Shown here: piece by piece, positions 46,730-59,900 of the stretch
Numbering within the stretch: the stretch's first letter is position 1
Layout of the letters: each line of letters begins with the position of its first letter
Origin: Lingula anatina
Taxonomy: Eukaryota > Animalia > Brachiopoda
Reading direction: 5' to 3'
Length of the DNA: 64,000 bases
Assembly (NCBI GenBank): GCA_051362555.1
Contig: CM120640.1
Coordinates: forward strand, 43,564,788 to 43,628,787
Made by a program: the position numbers and the translations under genes
The notes under the pieces: model-generated
Told to the model about the DNA's origin: nothing
What the model saw: only the letters and a program-made list of their open reading frames with translations
Database searches by the model: none

Positions 46730-49700
46730 AGGATTGAGTTCTCGAATGCCTAATCTCTTTATAAGAGCTGGTTGGCAACTTCAACAGGTGAGAGGTAAGC
46801 ACAGTAAGTGTCAAATGCTTTTCAACACGCAGACCATATGGGGCACCAGCTAGGGTCTAAGAATCTACTTGTCTAAACCAAAATTCACTGGCCCAAGTCC
46901 AATTTTCAAAAATTAATCAATAAATAAATAAATAATAATCATGATAACTTAAATTATCACACTGAAAATAAACAAGCCTCCTATTACAATTAAAAAAGAG
47001 CAAAAACACAGGATGCTTAAAAGGTTATTTAAAAAAATATATTTAGGCTGAGCATACATAAACTGTACTGGAGTACATGTTACAGCTGAAAAAATCCACT
47101 GTCCGGGTCAGGCCAGTAACTGGCTGTTTTTCAGAAATTTTTCTCACCAGATGCAATTTTAATTGGCATTGGCAGTGGGGCCAGTGGTGCAGACTGAAAC
47201 CAAAAGATTTGAGAGATGCAGCACTGCAGTGGATGTGCTAGCTGTCACCATTTAACAACTATGTGCACCTGTATGGCACCTTTCACGAGTTACATGTAGC
47301 ACCAATTTTGCATACATGTGCATTGTTTAACTTATAAAAAAACATAAAATAGGAGTGCCAACACAGGAAACAATGTTTTATATACTAGTATATGGTGAAG
47401 GCCTAAAAGTCAAAAAGCTTGGGCATCTCTTAATTTATTCGTTCATTTAACTTACTTTTCTATAAGTTGAACGATACAGATGCCAGCAGTGCTTTAACAT
47501 ATGATGTTAAATCTTAAGTCTGTACACACGGCTGGATTAAGACCCAAGTAGACGTGCACGGTAAAATATGCTACAAAATGTAACCATATACAGTATACTG
47601 CACTTTGTACAGCGGGTCTGAAAAAAAACTTATAAAATGATGGGACGTAAATAATGATGCAAAGTGATCACCCACACTTATATTATATGAACATTCAGCA
47701 CTGTACGGTACATGATCTGTACATACCCTCCATGTGATTCATCACATTCCGATTCGAGCTTTCTAAAATTCAAATAAAATTTGTATATGAGAGCAAGCCG
47801 AAGTTTTCAACAACCGTTATTTCAATTTTTAACATAAATAGAGCATATCATGAAGTTCAATGCTAGGTATTCAAGGTGAAAAAAATTAAAGTTGAAACCT
47901 TACCCGCCAAATTACGAAAAAGGTGTCAGCACGCGTATCTTTGTCTTCTTGACCTATTTCATTAGTTGCACTCATCTGCGCGTAAAATTCTAATCCTTTG
48001 TGACGGAAAAGCAAGACAATCATGGTAAAATAAGGTAATAATCCTAATAATAAAACTATATGCCAGACTGAGGATTATTTATCATCACATATTGTCAACA
48101 CTGGCTTCAGAAGAAACTTATGGTGTTATTTGCAATCAATGTCTAAACGCGCGCGATAGCTGTAATCGATGTTATCAAAATAACAGAGGGTGCATAAGGC
48201 CTACCGGTACATGTCCTGCTTTATGGGTAAACACTGTTTAGTTCTTAAAATGCTAAACCAAAATGCTCAGCAAATACAGAATTTTAATCAATATCAGTGT
48301 TAAAAACGATTTAAAGGATATTCTCTTACGTTTTCCTTTCAGCATTTCCGAAGAATAAAAGCATTTTTAGAATATATGGTATATGGACAAAAAGGAGGAA
48401 ACTCTCCTCCACAATGAAGCTCATTTCGTGAAATGTTAGAAAGCAAGAGCATTATGCACAACATTAATAAAGGAAAGTAGACTCAAAGAAATATTTTTTC
48501 AGTGGTTTTTTCTGCAATTAATATTATAAATGTGCGTTCAACTGTGGCAAGGAGGGTGTTTCCACTGAAATCCGTTACTGTCATATTACAATACCTGTAC
48601 CAAGAACATCTGGTGTAGACCGTTTCAGTGACTGGATCCCTTCTTTATAAGTGAATATTTCATACTTACAATACTTCATTGATGAATGCTGGCTTGGCAT
48701 GGAACAAATTATATTAGAAATCCAGCAAAGTATATTTTCTTTTCTGGATTTACTCACATATTATTACGTACCAGTCTAGTCACGTAGGAGTGCTCAGTTC
48801 AAAATTTGTTATCTTTTAAAATCATTTTTACGTTGTCTTAAAATTGACATATGATAATTGCAACAATGGGCCTTTCATGAAAAAGAAATCACCATTAAAA
48901 GATATTATAAATGTTTATTCATACAAATTTTCAAAATTCACTACATAATGGTTATAACATGATATCTATTAAACTGTATAGTCTGAATTCATAATAACAT
49001 TTCTATATATCTATCTATACATATATAATACTGACCAGACCTACCGCAAAAATGACCTGTTTAATACAATTATTTGATAATCTACTGAATACTTTAGAGA
49101 AAATGATTTCAACATTTTAAGCCCAAAGTTGGCAGAGGAAAGTAAACATAAGGGCATCATGATCAGAGTGACCATTGTACCTAGCACACCATATATATAT
49201 AGAAACCCCAATTAAAGTTAAAAAGCTTGAAAGTTGTTACCAATTTAAAATAATCATATTTGCACTTAAAACGAGCAAAATGGTTGCTTATATTTTACCT
49301 ATCAGTATTGTATTTGCCCTATACACAAATGGCATGTGATGAATAAGAACTTAACGATGCTTTATAGAAGCATGTTAGGATTATCTGTCGTATCAAGAAT
49401 ATATTCCATATTTGCTGGCTCTCTCTCCCAATGTAACATTTGATTAACTGATACACATGTATAACATGGCACTAAGACCATATAACACACAACTACATAA
49501 TTACACAGTAGATGAAAAAATCTCTACACATAACATTTATATAATCTACAATTTTGAATTGAATTTGTGCTTGCATTACTTTTTACTTATAATAAACATT
49601 TACAACCCTCAGGTACTGACAGTTTTAATATTGTTGTCTTACCAAACCTGATGATAAAACAATGTTTCAAGTAAAAGTTATCAGAAAATCAGGCCGCAGT

Positions 49701-51505
49701 AAATCAGCTCCATGATATCATGGAGAGGCACCAATCAAAATTAAAGACAGAATCAGATTTTAAGGGAATGGCTACCAAGAAAAGGTGTCAAAATCCCTTG
49801 AACTTACTTTGCAAAAATTAAAAATTGGCTATTGAAGGGATTATTTAATATTCTGAGTATTCATTTCAAAAGTGCACATATTTTGTAGGCAGCAGAGTTA
49901 TTTGATCAGCTCTCAGATTAAATTCCTCATTGAAAATTGTCTGTAACTGTTACATCCAAATACAGTGAAATTGTAAAACTTTATTTGCAAATGCTACCAT
50001 AACAATGTAACGTTTGATAACCAAAATTAAAGCTGTTTGCAACATAACTATCAATTCTACACTTAAAAACTAGAATTTCAAAAATTTGAAGACAATCTTA
50101 TCAACAGACAGGTAACTATTAAAACTGACTTTTGTTTCAATACAATTTACAGATCTGTTCACAAAATTAATCCTGCCATCCAGATTCCAGGGCCCATACA
50201 TAGGATATGGCATACCTGGCAGGTTAATTGCCAATGCGCTATAAATACATCAATGCAAATTTAACCTCCCTAGAGTCACTATGTTAGTCTAATTAAGACT
50301 GATCTCCTAAAGGCTAAAGATACTTTTTTTGTATACACAAAATACAATAAACTGCTTGAATAAAATATTTTAATATATGATCTGCAATCTTCAAAGAAAT
50401 CTGAAGTAAAATTCAAATAGAATTAAGAAAAAATACGGATAATTAACCCCACAACTTCAAACACCTTTTTGTGTTTTCGCAAGGAAGCAAATGGGGCACT
50501 AGTAGTTGGCATTTAAATGTTTCATTGAAAATATAACATAGAGAGTTCCTAATTCATTTGCCTTCCAAATAATCAGCTAACAGCCATGATAAACAATATG
50601 ATTGTCAAAAATTAAAGGATGGCAAAAAGTTGATGGATAAGTATCTATTTGGTCCAGTTTGAGACCAGAGTTTGCATAACCAGGCAAATAAATACAAATG
50701 TTAAAATTACAGCAGTGGCTAGCATGAAACAGAGGGTCTGGACATATTACTGCAACATTTTAAGACCATGAGGTGAGCAAGAGGATTTAGAGTACAAAAC
50801 TAGATAGTACAACTTAAATATGGTGAAAATATATTAAACGAAAAAAAAAATCAATTTGTGGAAGGACATTTTCTTTCATTTATTGGGGCTTGCAAAACTG
50901 CTGTGACTGTACCCCAGAAAATGTGACAATCGATATGATCAAAAAAAAAAAAAAAAAAAAAAAAAATGCATGCAAGCTTTTCCAACATAAATAAATACAA
51001 TTATACAAGAAGTACAACATTCATTATATTATTTATTAACAAATCTTTTTTCCTACATATCTTTATGTTGTAAGGATGTATATTTAGAGCAGGTTTCCCA
51101 TGGTTGATGATGCTGTTTCTCTTTCAGAACAATCTATTAGGTATGCTGCAATTGGGTGACATAAAATGGTCTAATAATTGCATTCAACTAATCTGAAAGT
51201 GACCTTAAATTGCATTGAATTGATCTGAAAGTGGTTATATCAAATGTATCAAATATTATTTAAAGGAAATACATGTTAAATTCAACAGGATACTCAAAGA
51301 AAATCTGTTTGTCCTGTATGAATATAAGATGGAGCATGCAGCAGTTTTGGGTCACAATCAAAATACCAGTAAATAATTTTGAACAAACTCGAGTTCTTTT
51401 GTACAACTATACATAAAATATTTCTAAATAATAACAGGGAAGGGGAAATAGGGAAGAAACTATAAACAAGACAGTGTTCCTTCACACAACATTTGGTAGC
51501 AACAA

Positions 51506-53885
51506 CTAATTTGATCCTGGCTTTGTGTCCCCTGCACTACTGGCAGGAGTCTGTGGAGATTTCTTCATGGCACCCTGACCCCAGGGGCTGTGCTGCATCC
51601 CCGGGGAGTTCTGAAACTGTTGCTGCTGGCTGGATTGCTGTGACTGCTGCTGTTCTGTGTTTTCTTCACCACTATTTGGTTCAAACTGCTGATTTTCAAG
51701 ACGGGTGATCAGCCTTTCATCCTCATCTCCAAATTCACCTCCCATCAGTGTAGGCTCACCCACAACCATCACATCCTAAAATTAAAGAAAGATAATCCAT
51801 GGTTCTGCCAGCTTTAATAAAATTAATTTCCAGGAGTTTTCCAGGAGTTTTCAAGGACATAATTTTTTTTCCAGGAGTATGTTACACTGGACAATTATTA
51901 TTTGTAAACCATCCAATATGAATATGTAAAAATATAACCAAGAATATTTGGCACAGCTAGAATTTATTAGTCTTATGAATCAATATATCATGCATTAAAG
52001 AGTCTAAATGTTCATGATGTATATTGCACTGTTGAAAAATAACAGTTTAATCTGTTATGAAAATGTAGTTAAACAGTCTGTTTTGCTTCTTGAATTGCTG
52101 AACTAAGTTTATAATTTTTCCACTGAAGAAGCCAAGGCTTTTTCAATATCAGTAATTTCTTTCTTTTTCTCCTCAGCTGTCTTGCGAAGGGAGTTTGCTT
52201 GGGTAACAAAGGAAATTTTCCTAGTTTTTTCAGCTTTTAAGAACAGACTGTCTGCAGCCTTGGTTAAATTGTCAATATCTTCCTGGATTCTTTTTTTCTT
52301 CTTTTTCAAATCATCAATCTCATCCAAGATGCACTTTCTCTTTTTCTGTAATTCTTCACTGTTTTTCTTCTCCCTTTCTGTTTGAAGAAACAGTTCATAT
52401 TTCTGCCTTGATTGCTTGGCATACAGTATCAAGTCTTTGTTGATATTGACCTCAAATATTCCTCCAACCTTCGCCACATGGTCACAGACAATCCTTTGTG
52501 CAACCAGGGTTTGAGCTCTCATGTTCTCTACCTCCACGTCTTTGTTGACACTAAAACCCCTCTCCACTGAGGCTTGGCCATGAGACAATACTAAAAGATG
52601 TGTTACTAGCTTCAACAAATCTTTGAATCTGCCATCTGGGGTGGACATTGTTCTGTGAATCAATTCATCAATTCCATTTTGGCAGGCATGCTGTGAATCA
52701 TACTGCTTGAATTCAGCAGATCCTATGACAGGGATTTCATCTAGAAACAAGAAGTATTGTTGTTGAAGTCTGTCACACTCATTCTCTTTCACAAGTTTAT
52801 GGTTTAATAGAATTGACAGAGCTTTTTTGAAGCTGGAAATACACTTCTCCTTGTCTGCATCGGATGACATTTTGACAGGATTGAGGCAGGACAAATACCT
52901 TACCAAACTGTAACTCACAGGACATTTTTTGAGCAATTTTTCAACAACAGTAACTAGGAACATCTTGCACTCCATTCTGAACTCCATTAAACCTCTTTCA
53001 CTGACTGCTCCTTTCTTAATCTTGCTTAGAGATCGATCCGTTGAAAATCCCAAATCCACTTTATTATAATCCAGGTGGATCTTGTTGTCAGTTACATCAA
53101 TTCTGACTAGTTTTTCCTGATTTCTTGCTGTTTGCATCACGTCATCTTTGATGAATCTCTTCATTAGCAATCTTAGGATAGAACAGAGATCATCACTCAA
53201 ATAGGGTATCATAGGTTTGTCTGTCTGATACCTAGTTAGAAATGGCTCTAGCTGCAAAGCGACAGATTTAAAAAAATTCATCTTCGCAAGAAACAGCTCA
53301 TCCTTTGTACATTCGCTAACAACTTTGTACGAGATGTTTGTTGGCATCTTGAGATTTTTAGATTCGATTGCTTCGACATACTGTACTATGTTGTTCCATA
53401 TCAGTAAAGCTCTGTCGCATACTGGAATATTCTCAAGCCATCTGTGTTTTACAAACTTCAGTGGCATGATGTTACTTGCAGTCACTCTGACATAGTCCTC
53501 AGCCCTAGCTGGCGAATCTTTGAACAGGTAGTACAGGGCTGAAAGACATGATGCTACATTCCAATCTGTGGACTCTGCTCCTGCTTTAAAACTGTTGTGG
53601 ACTATATGTAAACCACATGACCCGATGTTGATGAGAGAGGATCCATAGTCATTTGCTACTTTCCTCGATATTGTGTCATAGAATTTCCAATTCACATTTG
53701 GTCCATCCATGCTAATCTGCAACATGTTCTTGATTGGTAGACCACTATTGAGAACACATTGACTAAAATGTGAGACCATGTCAACTGATGTAGCATGTCC
53801 TGAAAAAATAAAATAAAATATATAAGCTGTTTATTCAGAAATGATTAAATATGACTAAATAATTAAATCTTGTTATAATTATGAA

Positions 53886-53929
<44 letters not shown>

Positions 53930-56900
53930 CCATGTTTTTAATAAATTTTCACTGAAATACATCATTACGGCAAGTTAACCTTATGACAATAAAGTCTAGC
54001 ATCTAATATATATATATATATATATACACACTATTATCATTATTATTGTATTAAGAGTGGAAAAGTTTAATTTCAAATGACACTTACCTAGAAATTCAGA
54101 TGTGAAGTATCTTGTCACGACTCTATGGCACTCCTCACTCCAAAATCTCACATGTATATCCATCTGTTTCTTCTGCATCTTCTTATTCAGACTTTCATCA
54201 AACAAAATAACAAATGGCCCAGTTACACTTTCTTTCAGGAGTCTAGCGAAATATTCCCCCAATCCAAACACGCACAAGTAAGCAGATTTCTTTTCGCCAC
54301 AAGTGAATTGTTGTGCAACCTTGCTGTTAGGGTCCATCCTCCTTAATAATTCACCAATGTTTTGTGAAGACCTGTACGACTGATGATCTGTGATTAATTT
54401 CAATGTCCACAGAATCTCTGCTTTGACAACATCGTCTTTTGAAACGAACGTGTCCAACGTAGCGTACTTGCTTGATGCCGACATTGTGGTACATGAAGAC
54501 TTGCTTGATGCTGACGTAGTGGTACATGTAGGCGTGAGTGTAGTACAACTATTTCCAGGTGATTTCATAGTATTTCCCCATAACGAACTCAGCGATAACT
54601 GTCCACAGGAATTCAAGTTTGTCAATCTCATATTTTCGCGGTGTTTCATACCTCTAGCATGAGATTTCAGTGAAGAAACACCCATGTTCGATATATCAAA
54701 TGTAGAGAAGCAAACTGAACAGCTAGCTCTTTTCTTGTCATTCGGCACACGTTTCACCCACTGTTTGAATTCCGGGTCGTGTTCCCACGCAAGGTTAAAT
54801 ACACAAATACCTTTTGTTGTTGACATGCTTGGTTAATCATTCACAGAGCCACTCGTCTCGCACCGTGCGCATGCTGGGCCACACGTGTTCGATGCCGAAC
54901 AGTCGATGTTAAATCAACAGTGATTGGCTAAAACGACTCTATCACTGCTTCGCGGAAACAGCCGAATTGCTCGATGCTCAACAAACACAATAACACGAAA
55001 TACTACTCTGCGTCTTTCACGTAAACCAACTAGAAAACTACCGAATAGACGTAATAATTTTCAAATTTCAAGGATTTCTCCAGGACTACTTTAAAGATTT
55101 AAGGACTATTCAAGGAGCACAAGCAAATTCCAGGATATTCCAGGATTTTATCTAAATTCCAGGATTTTCCAGATTTGTGCGAACCATGTAATCACAAGTA
55201 TGTGTAGGAAAGAGCTGTCCAATCCCTGTACAAAGGGACAGTAGTAGTTAAGTTAAATGCACTTGCACATAGGTATGGAAGGGAGACAAGATTCATTTCA
55301 AAACCCAATGACCATTAATGCAGTAGACAAGTAACTGATGATCTTAAATTTTTAATTAACACATTTAGGATATTAGAAATTTCCTAACCGTTGCTCCCAT
55401 ATTAAATCCTTGTGGAGCTGGTGAACGGTTCTTCTTGCTGGCTGGAGGCGTAGTGCTTTGGGGATTGTTTCCACTATTTACAGAAGAATTGGTACTGGCA
55501 GAACCTTTCCTTTTTCTTCGTTTTTGTGTCTGTCGATTGGTGTCTGAAAAATATTGTATTGCAGTAGCAGCATATTTTCAGCAAATGTGTTGAATATTAA
55601 GAAGGTCTCCTTATGATCACTCAGTGAATACTGCATACAACTTAAGAACAAAAACAAAACAGTGCTTCAGTACTTGAAACATTTAAAACATCAAATGGCA
55701 GCCATTCTGAATCTTTAGGCAAGAGTTGCTCTTGCTAATGGTGCACATCTAGCTTTGTATAGCCAAGTTCATTTTCAGAAAGTTGACAGTCTTGGAGATG
55801 TATACCATTTTAATAAAATAAACTTAAACAGATTGGGCTATTACCCTCATAAAAATCTTATTTGAGATGGTTTTGCCTTATCATTTTATGAACTCCCCAA
55901 CTAAATCAGTTTCTAGATTATTTGTAAAAGCCAAGGGTAAATTCTAATACATGAAACTATGAGGACAAATTGAACAGGGGATCGATTTTTGACACCATTC
56001 CTTTTATCAAAAGAACTGACCCAAGCATAAGAAAATAGTCCCAATTTTTCCATTTCTGCCAATCTGCACTAAAATGGTATATAAAAACTGACAACTTGCG
56101 TAAAAGTAAATAAATCATACTCACCACCAAATTTTGCAGATCTTTTACCACCTACATTGTCTACAAAAAGCATTAAGTATTTTGTCACAATCATATTAAA
56201 ATCCCAAAGATTTACAGGTTGTTAGTTGAAAATCATTGTAAATGATATACACTGTAGCACAATGTAGACCTTTTACCATTTTATTAGTAAGGAAAGTAAG
56301 GGTTATTGGAACAGGTGATTGTATTTTCAAGCCTGCAGCAGCTACTAAAAGGACACATCATCTTGTTTCCCAGGTCGGTCTTTTCATCTGAGAAAGTGCT
56401 TTCAAGTTCATTTTGACATACACTAATTAAAACAAATGATGTGTCCAATTATGCAAATCTATGTGCAGTATGTAATACAACTAATGTTAAGTATGCAAAT
56501 TCAGATAAGAGATCATGAAGAGACCCTTCCAAAGCTAAAACACAACATCAAATCCTGTCAATTAAGACATCAAATATTTTTATCACAATATTTAGGTCTT
56601 TAATTTTCTGGCATAAATTAACAATTACTTGTTGCACATTTCTGATGACAAACTTTTCAATGCTTGCGGCATTTCACATAATTCATAAAACATCCAAATA
56701 ATAACAATCTTTAACAAATCCAACACATATTGTAGAACCTAAAAGCAGATGAAGAAAGATGAAGACAACCATACAACTATTCAAGAATCTAAAGCAGAGA
56801 GTCACACACCGACATTGAAGCTGACTTACTTGTGTTGCCTGGAGGGGCCACCATTCGCTGCCACTTCTGAAACAGCGTCGTTTTGAGACAGTCTCTTGGA

Positions 56901-59900
56901 TTTAATCCATAGGCCTTGTGTCTGGACATCAGCTCCTGCATTGGTTCTAGAATCACACACAGCTACAAAAAAAAAAAAGAACATTTACATTTGCAAATTT
57001 GGTTTAATGGTGCAAAAAATATGAAATGAACTTATATCATGGATAAAACAAAACAATGACAATCATAAGATTGCAGAGGCAAGTGTCAAGTTTGGCAAAT
57101 TGTCTTTATTTTTGACTTCAAATTTAGGTAAAAAGAAACCTTTTAAATGAAATTTTTGCTAAGTGATCAGAATAATAAGTCAAAACAAACTCTAAGTATG
57201 GGCTACTTTGTTTCCTCTGTAATAAAGTTAAATGCTGACACGTGATGTTGAAAGAAACAGACAAAAATAGTTAAATGGCTATTTGACGTCTTCTGGTCCC
57301 AAGATAATATAGGGCACCAATGAACATAGAATAATATGTCAATCCAGTTAAACTACTCATGGTTTTACTGTGTCCAATTGTGAATTCAACCACTGAATTT
57401 AATTACAAAGAAAATGAGTGCTTTTAACCAAAATATGCTCTGAACATTTTTACCCTGAGGAAGTTTAGAGTGTAGTTAGTGAGTCCCTGCCGAGTGATGT
57501 TCTTTGACAACTGCTCTACCATAGCTGGATCTTGCTATAAAATTAAATGATAACATTCCATTTACATTTTCTTTCATTTTGTATATCTGATTAATCACAC
57601 AGAATTTCTGATTCATAGTTAGGTATACTTTGCCACCAAAACACTGCAATAAGTCATTTCATTACACTACATGGTCCCATACAAATAATGCAAAGATCAC
57701 TAGCATAAGCATACATCAACAACAAAGTTAGTTCTCAGTATTCTCCCTGCTATTAATTCTGCGTACCTGCATAGCAATCACACTGCGAGGTATCAGCTCC
57801 CTGTGCTGCCTTATTTGAAAGTGCCATGAGCGGATTCTCATCATGTCATCAAATGTGAACTCAAGAATTAAGCGACCTTCTGTTATCACCTGAAGAAATA
57901 AACAACAGTGTAGTCAGTGCTATTAAAAGATGAAAAATAACTGGTTAGAGAAAAACAGTGGTATGGACGATCAAAATAACAAGAAGTGTCACTTTTAATA
58001 TAACATGATACATTTATCCCTTATTTACCCATTTTTTCTCCAATGGTGAGTAATTCTGCAGGTCAACATCCTGTAAGATGGTATTCAATACCAGTAATCT
58101 AATTATCTCCTAACTGGGCCAAACATGCTGGTGAATAAAGCAAAAAATATCACCAACTGTAAACAGTCAAGATACTCTTAACCATAAACCTCAACAGCTC
58201 TTACCTTTGTAAACATAGGCTTTCCATGGTGTGTGACCATCATAGCCTGATCACAATCCAGAGTTATAGATGTGTTATGGAATGATTCTTTAGAATGCTT
58301 GAGGATAAAGTACAGATCTGTCACACCACCTTCAAATATGCTGCGGAAGTACCGAGGGATGAGCACTCTTCCTATTGCTACAATATTATGTAACATAAAT
58401 ATATCAGAACATGATGACTTTTCAGTGTACTTTTATATAGCGAGTAAATACTAGGATGTCAGACTTTTCATGTTTGGCTAAACAAAACACAACCTGTTTT
58501 GTTTGCTAGTTTGCTTACAGGACTCTAAATACGATTTGGCTGATATTACTTTCACAGGTATTTGGCACAAACAATAGTCATTCTGGACTTGGATCAGTTC
58601 AACATTTCATTCACAGTGATGAAGATGGATTTTTGGCACATTTTCAACATCTATTGCATAATGCTCAACTAAACTTCACTTTTTTCATTCATAAAAAAAT
58701 GATCTATATTAACCTATGCACTATTCTATATTCTTTTTTCCAAAATTTCTGTCTAAAATAAAATATATAATTGCAATCTATCACCATTATAAGCCTGTTT
58801 AAAATAATCACAGATTTGGATGTACACTTTACATGAAATGCAGTTTGCATGTTGTTACTATGGTATCTACAAGCTGAAGTTTTCATCAATCACAACACTC
58901 TCTTTGTTGTGATAGTAAATTCTCCTTAGTCTTAAATATCCAGTGTTAAAAAAATGTAAAACCTAAAATAATGTGTTATATAGTGGGGAACAGAAGCATA
59001 GAGGGGGATTACTTTTAAGTGCCATCAAAATCCATTTTAAGATTGTATTTAAGGCCAATAATTAACCCAAACCAGTTTGCTCTAAGGCATAAAACCTTCT
59101 AAAAAGCAAGATTTTAAAAATATGTGGGTCAAATTCAACTGCGCAATGAAGAACCCCATTCTTTCTTCTGGTTTAAGCCTTTTAATTAATCCTGGGAAAC
59201 AATAGGTCCACTTTGTGAATGCAGACTTCAATATGAAGCTTGCACAACCTTAGTTTGCTCCCATTGATTTATTGATCCTTGGAATCTAAACTCTGACATT
59301 CACCAGGAGGCCATGCTCCTTCAAATCCAGCTTGCTAGTTTATAACATTGTGGCACAGTTATATAGTTGAGATGGAAAAGTGAACTGAATAACTTAACTC
59401 ATAAAAACAACAATGTGCATACTATTTTAACAGATCTGCAATGGTATTCATTTTGCCTTTCATTCCCCAAAAAGACCTAAGAATTGTACAAGAATCTTGT
59501 GTTCCAAACTGAAATGACTTTTTTATGAATCATTTAAGATTTTTAAACATAGAATAAAACAAGCAGGTAGATGAACATTGCAATGGGAAATCTGTTGTTT
59601 TTTTAAATAATAATTAAAATGGGGGAGGGGGGGGGGGGAGGGACGTCAATTTTTCTTACTATAGATCTAAGGAATTATATTACATCATTTATCTCAAAAC
59701 AGAGCCAGCAGAGCCATAATGAACACGCAAGTGTTAGTACACACGCTGCAGTGCATATGAGGCCAGGAGATTTAGCAACTTAGGAAGCACGGCATTATAT
59801 TCTATATCTTCTGGTAATACACATAATTTAATTGGCTCTAAATCCAATGCTGAAAGTAAATACCCCCATGTTTTACTTTAAAAAAAAGCTTCTTTAGATC

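Larger units (their letters stand above)
51798..55188 (-). mobile_element. Apparently autonomous hAT DNA transposon with 5-bp TSD (hAT5-like), 3391 bp
   Basis: TIR CATGGTTC (51798-51805) / GAACCATG (55181-55188); TSD TAATC (51793-51797, 55189-55193); many subterminal TTCCAGGA/TTCAAGGA repeats at both ends. Confidence 0.92.

Noticed and set aside
52109-54826. Two separate genes (556 aa and 276 aa) or a domesticated ZBED-like gene
   Set aside because: They join through a canonical intron into one transposase, and intact TIRs and TSD indicate a mobile copy.
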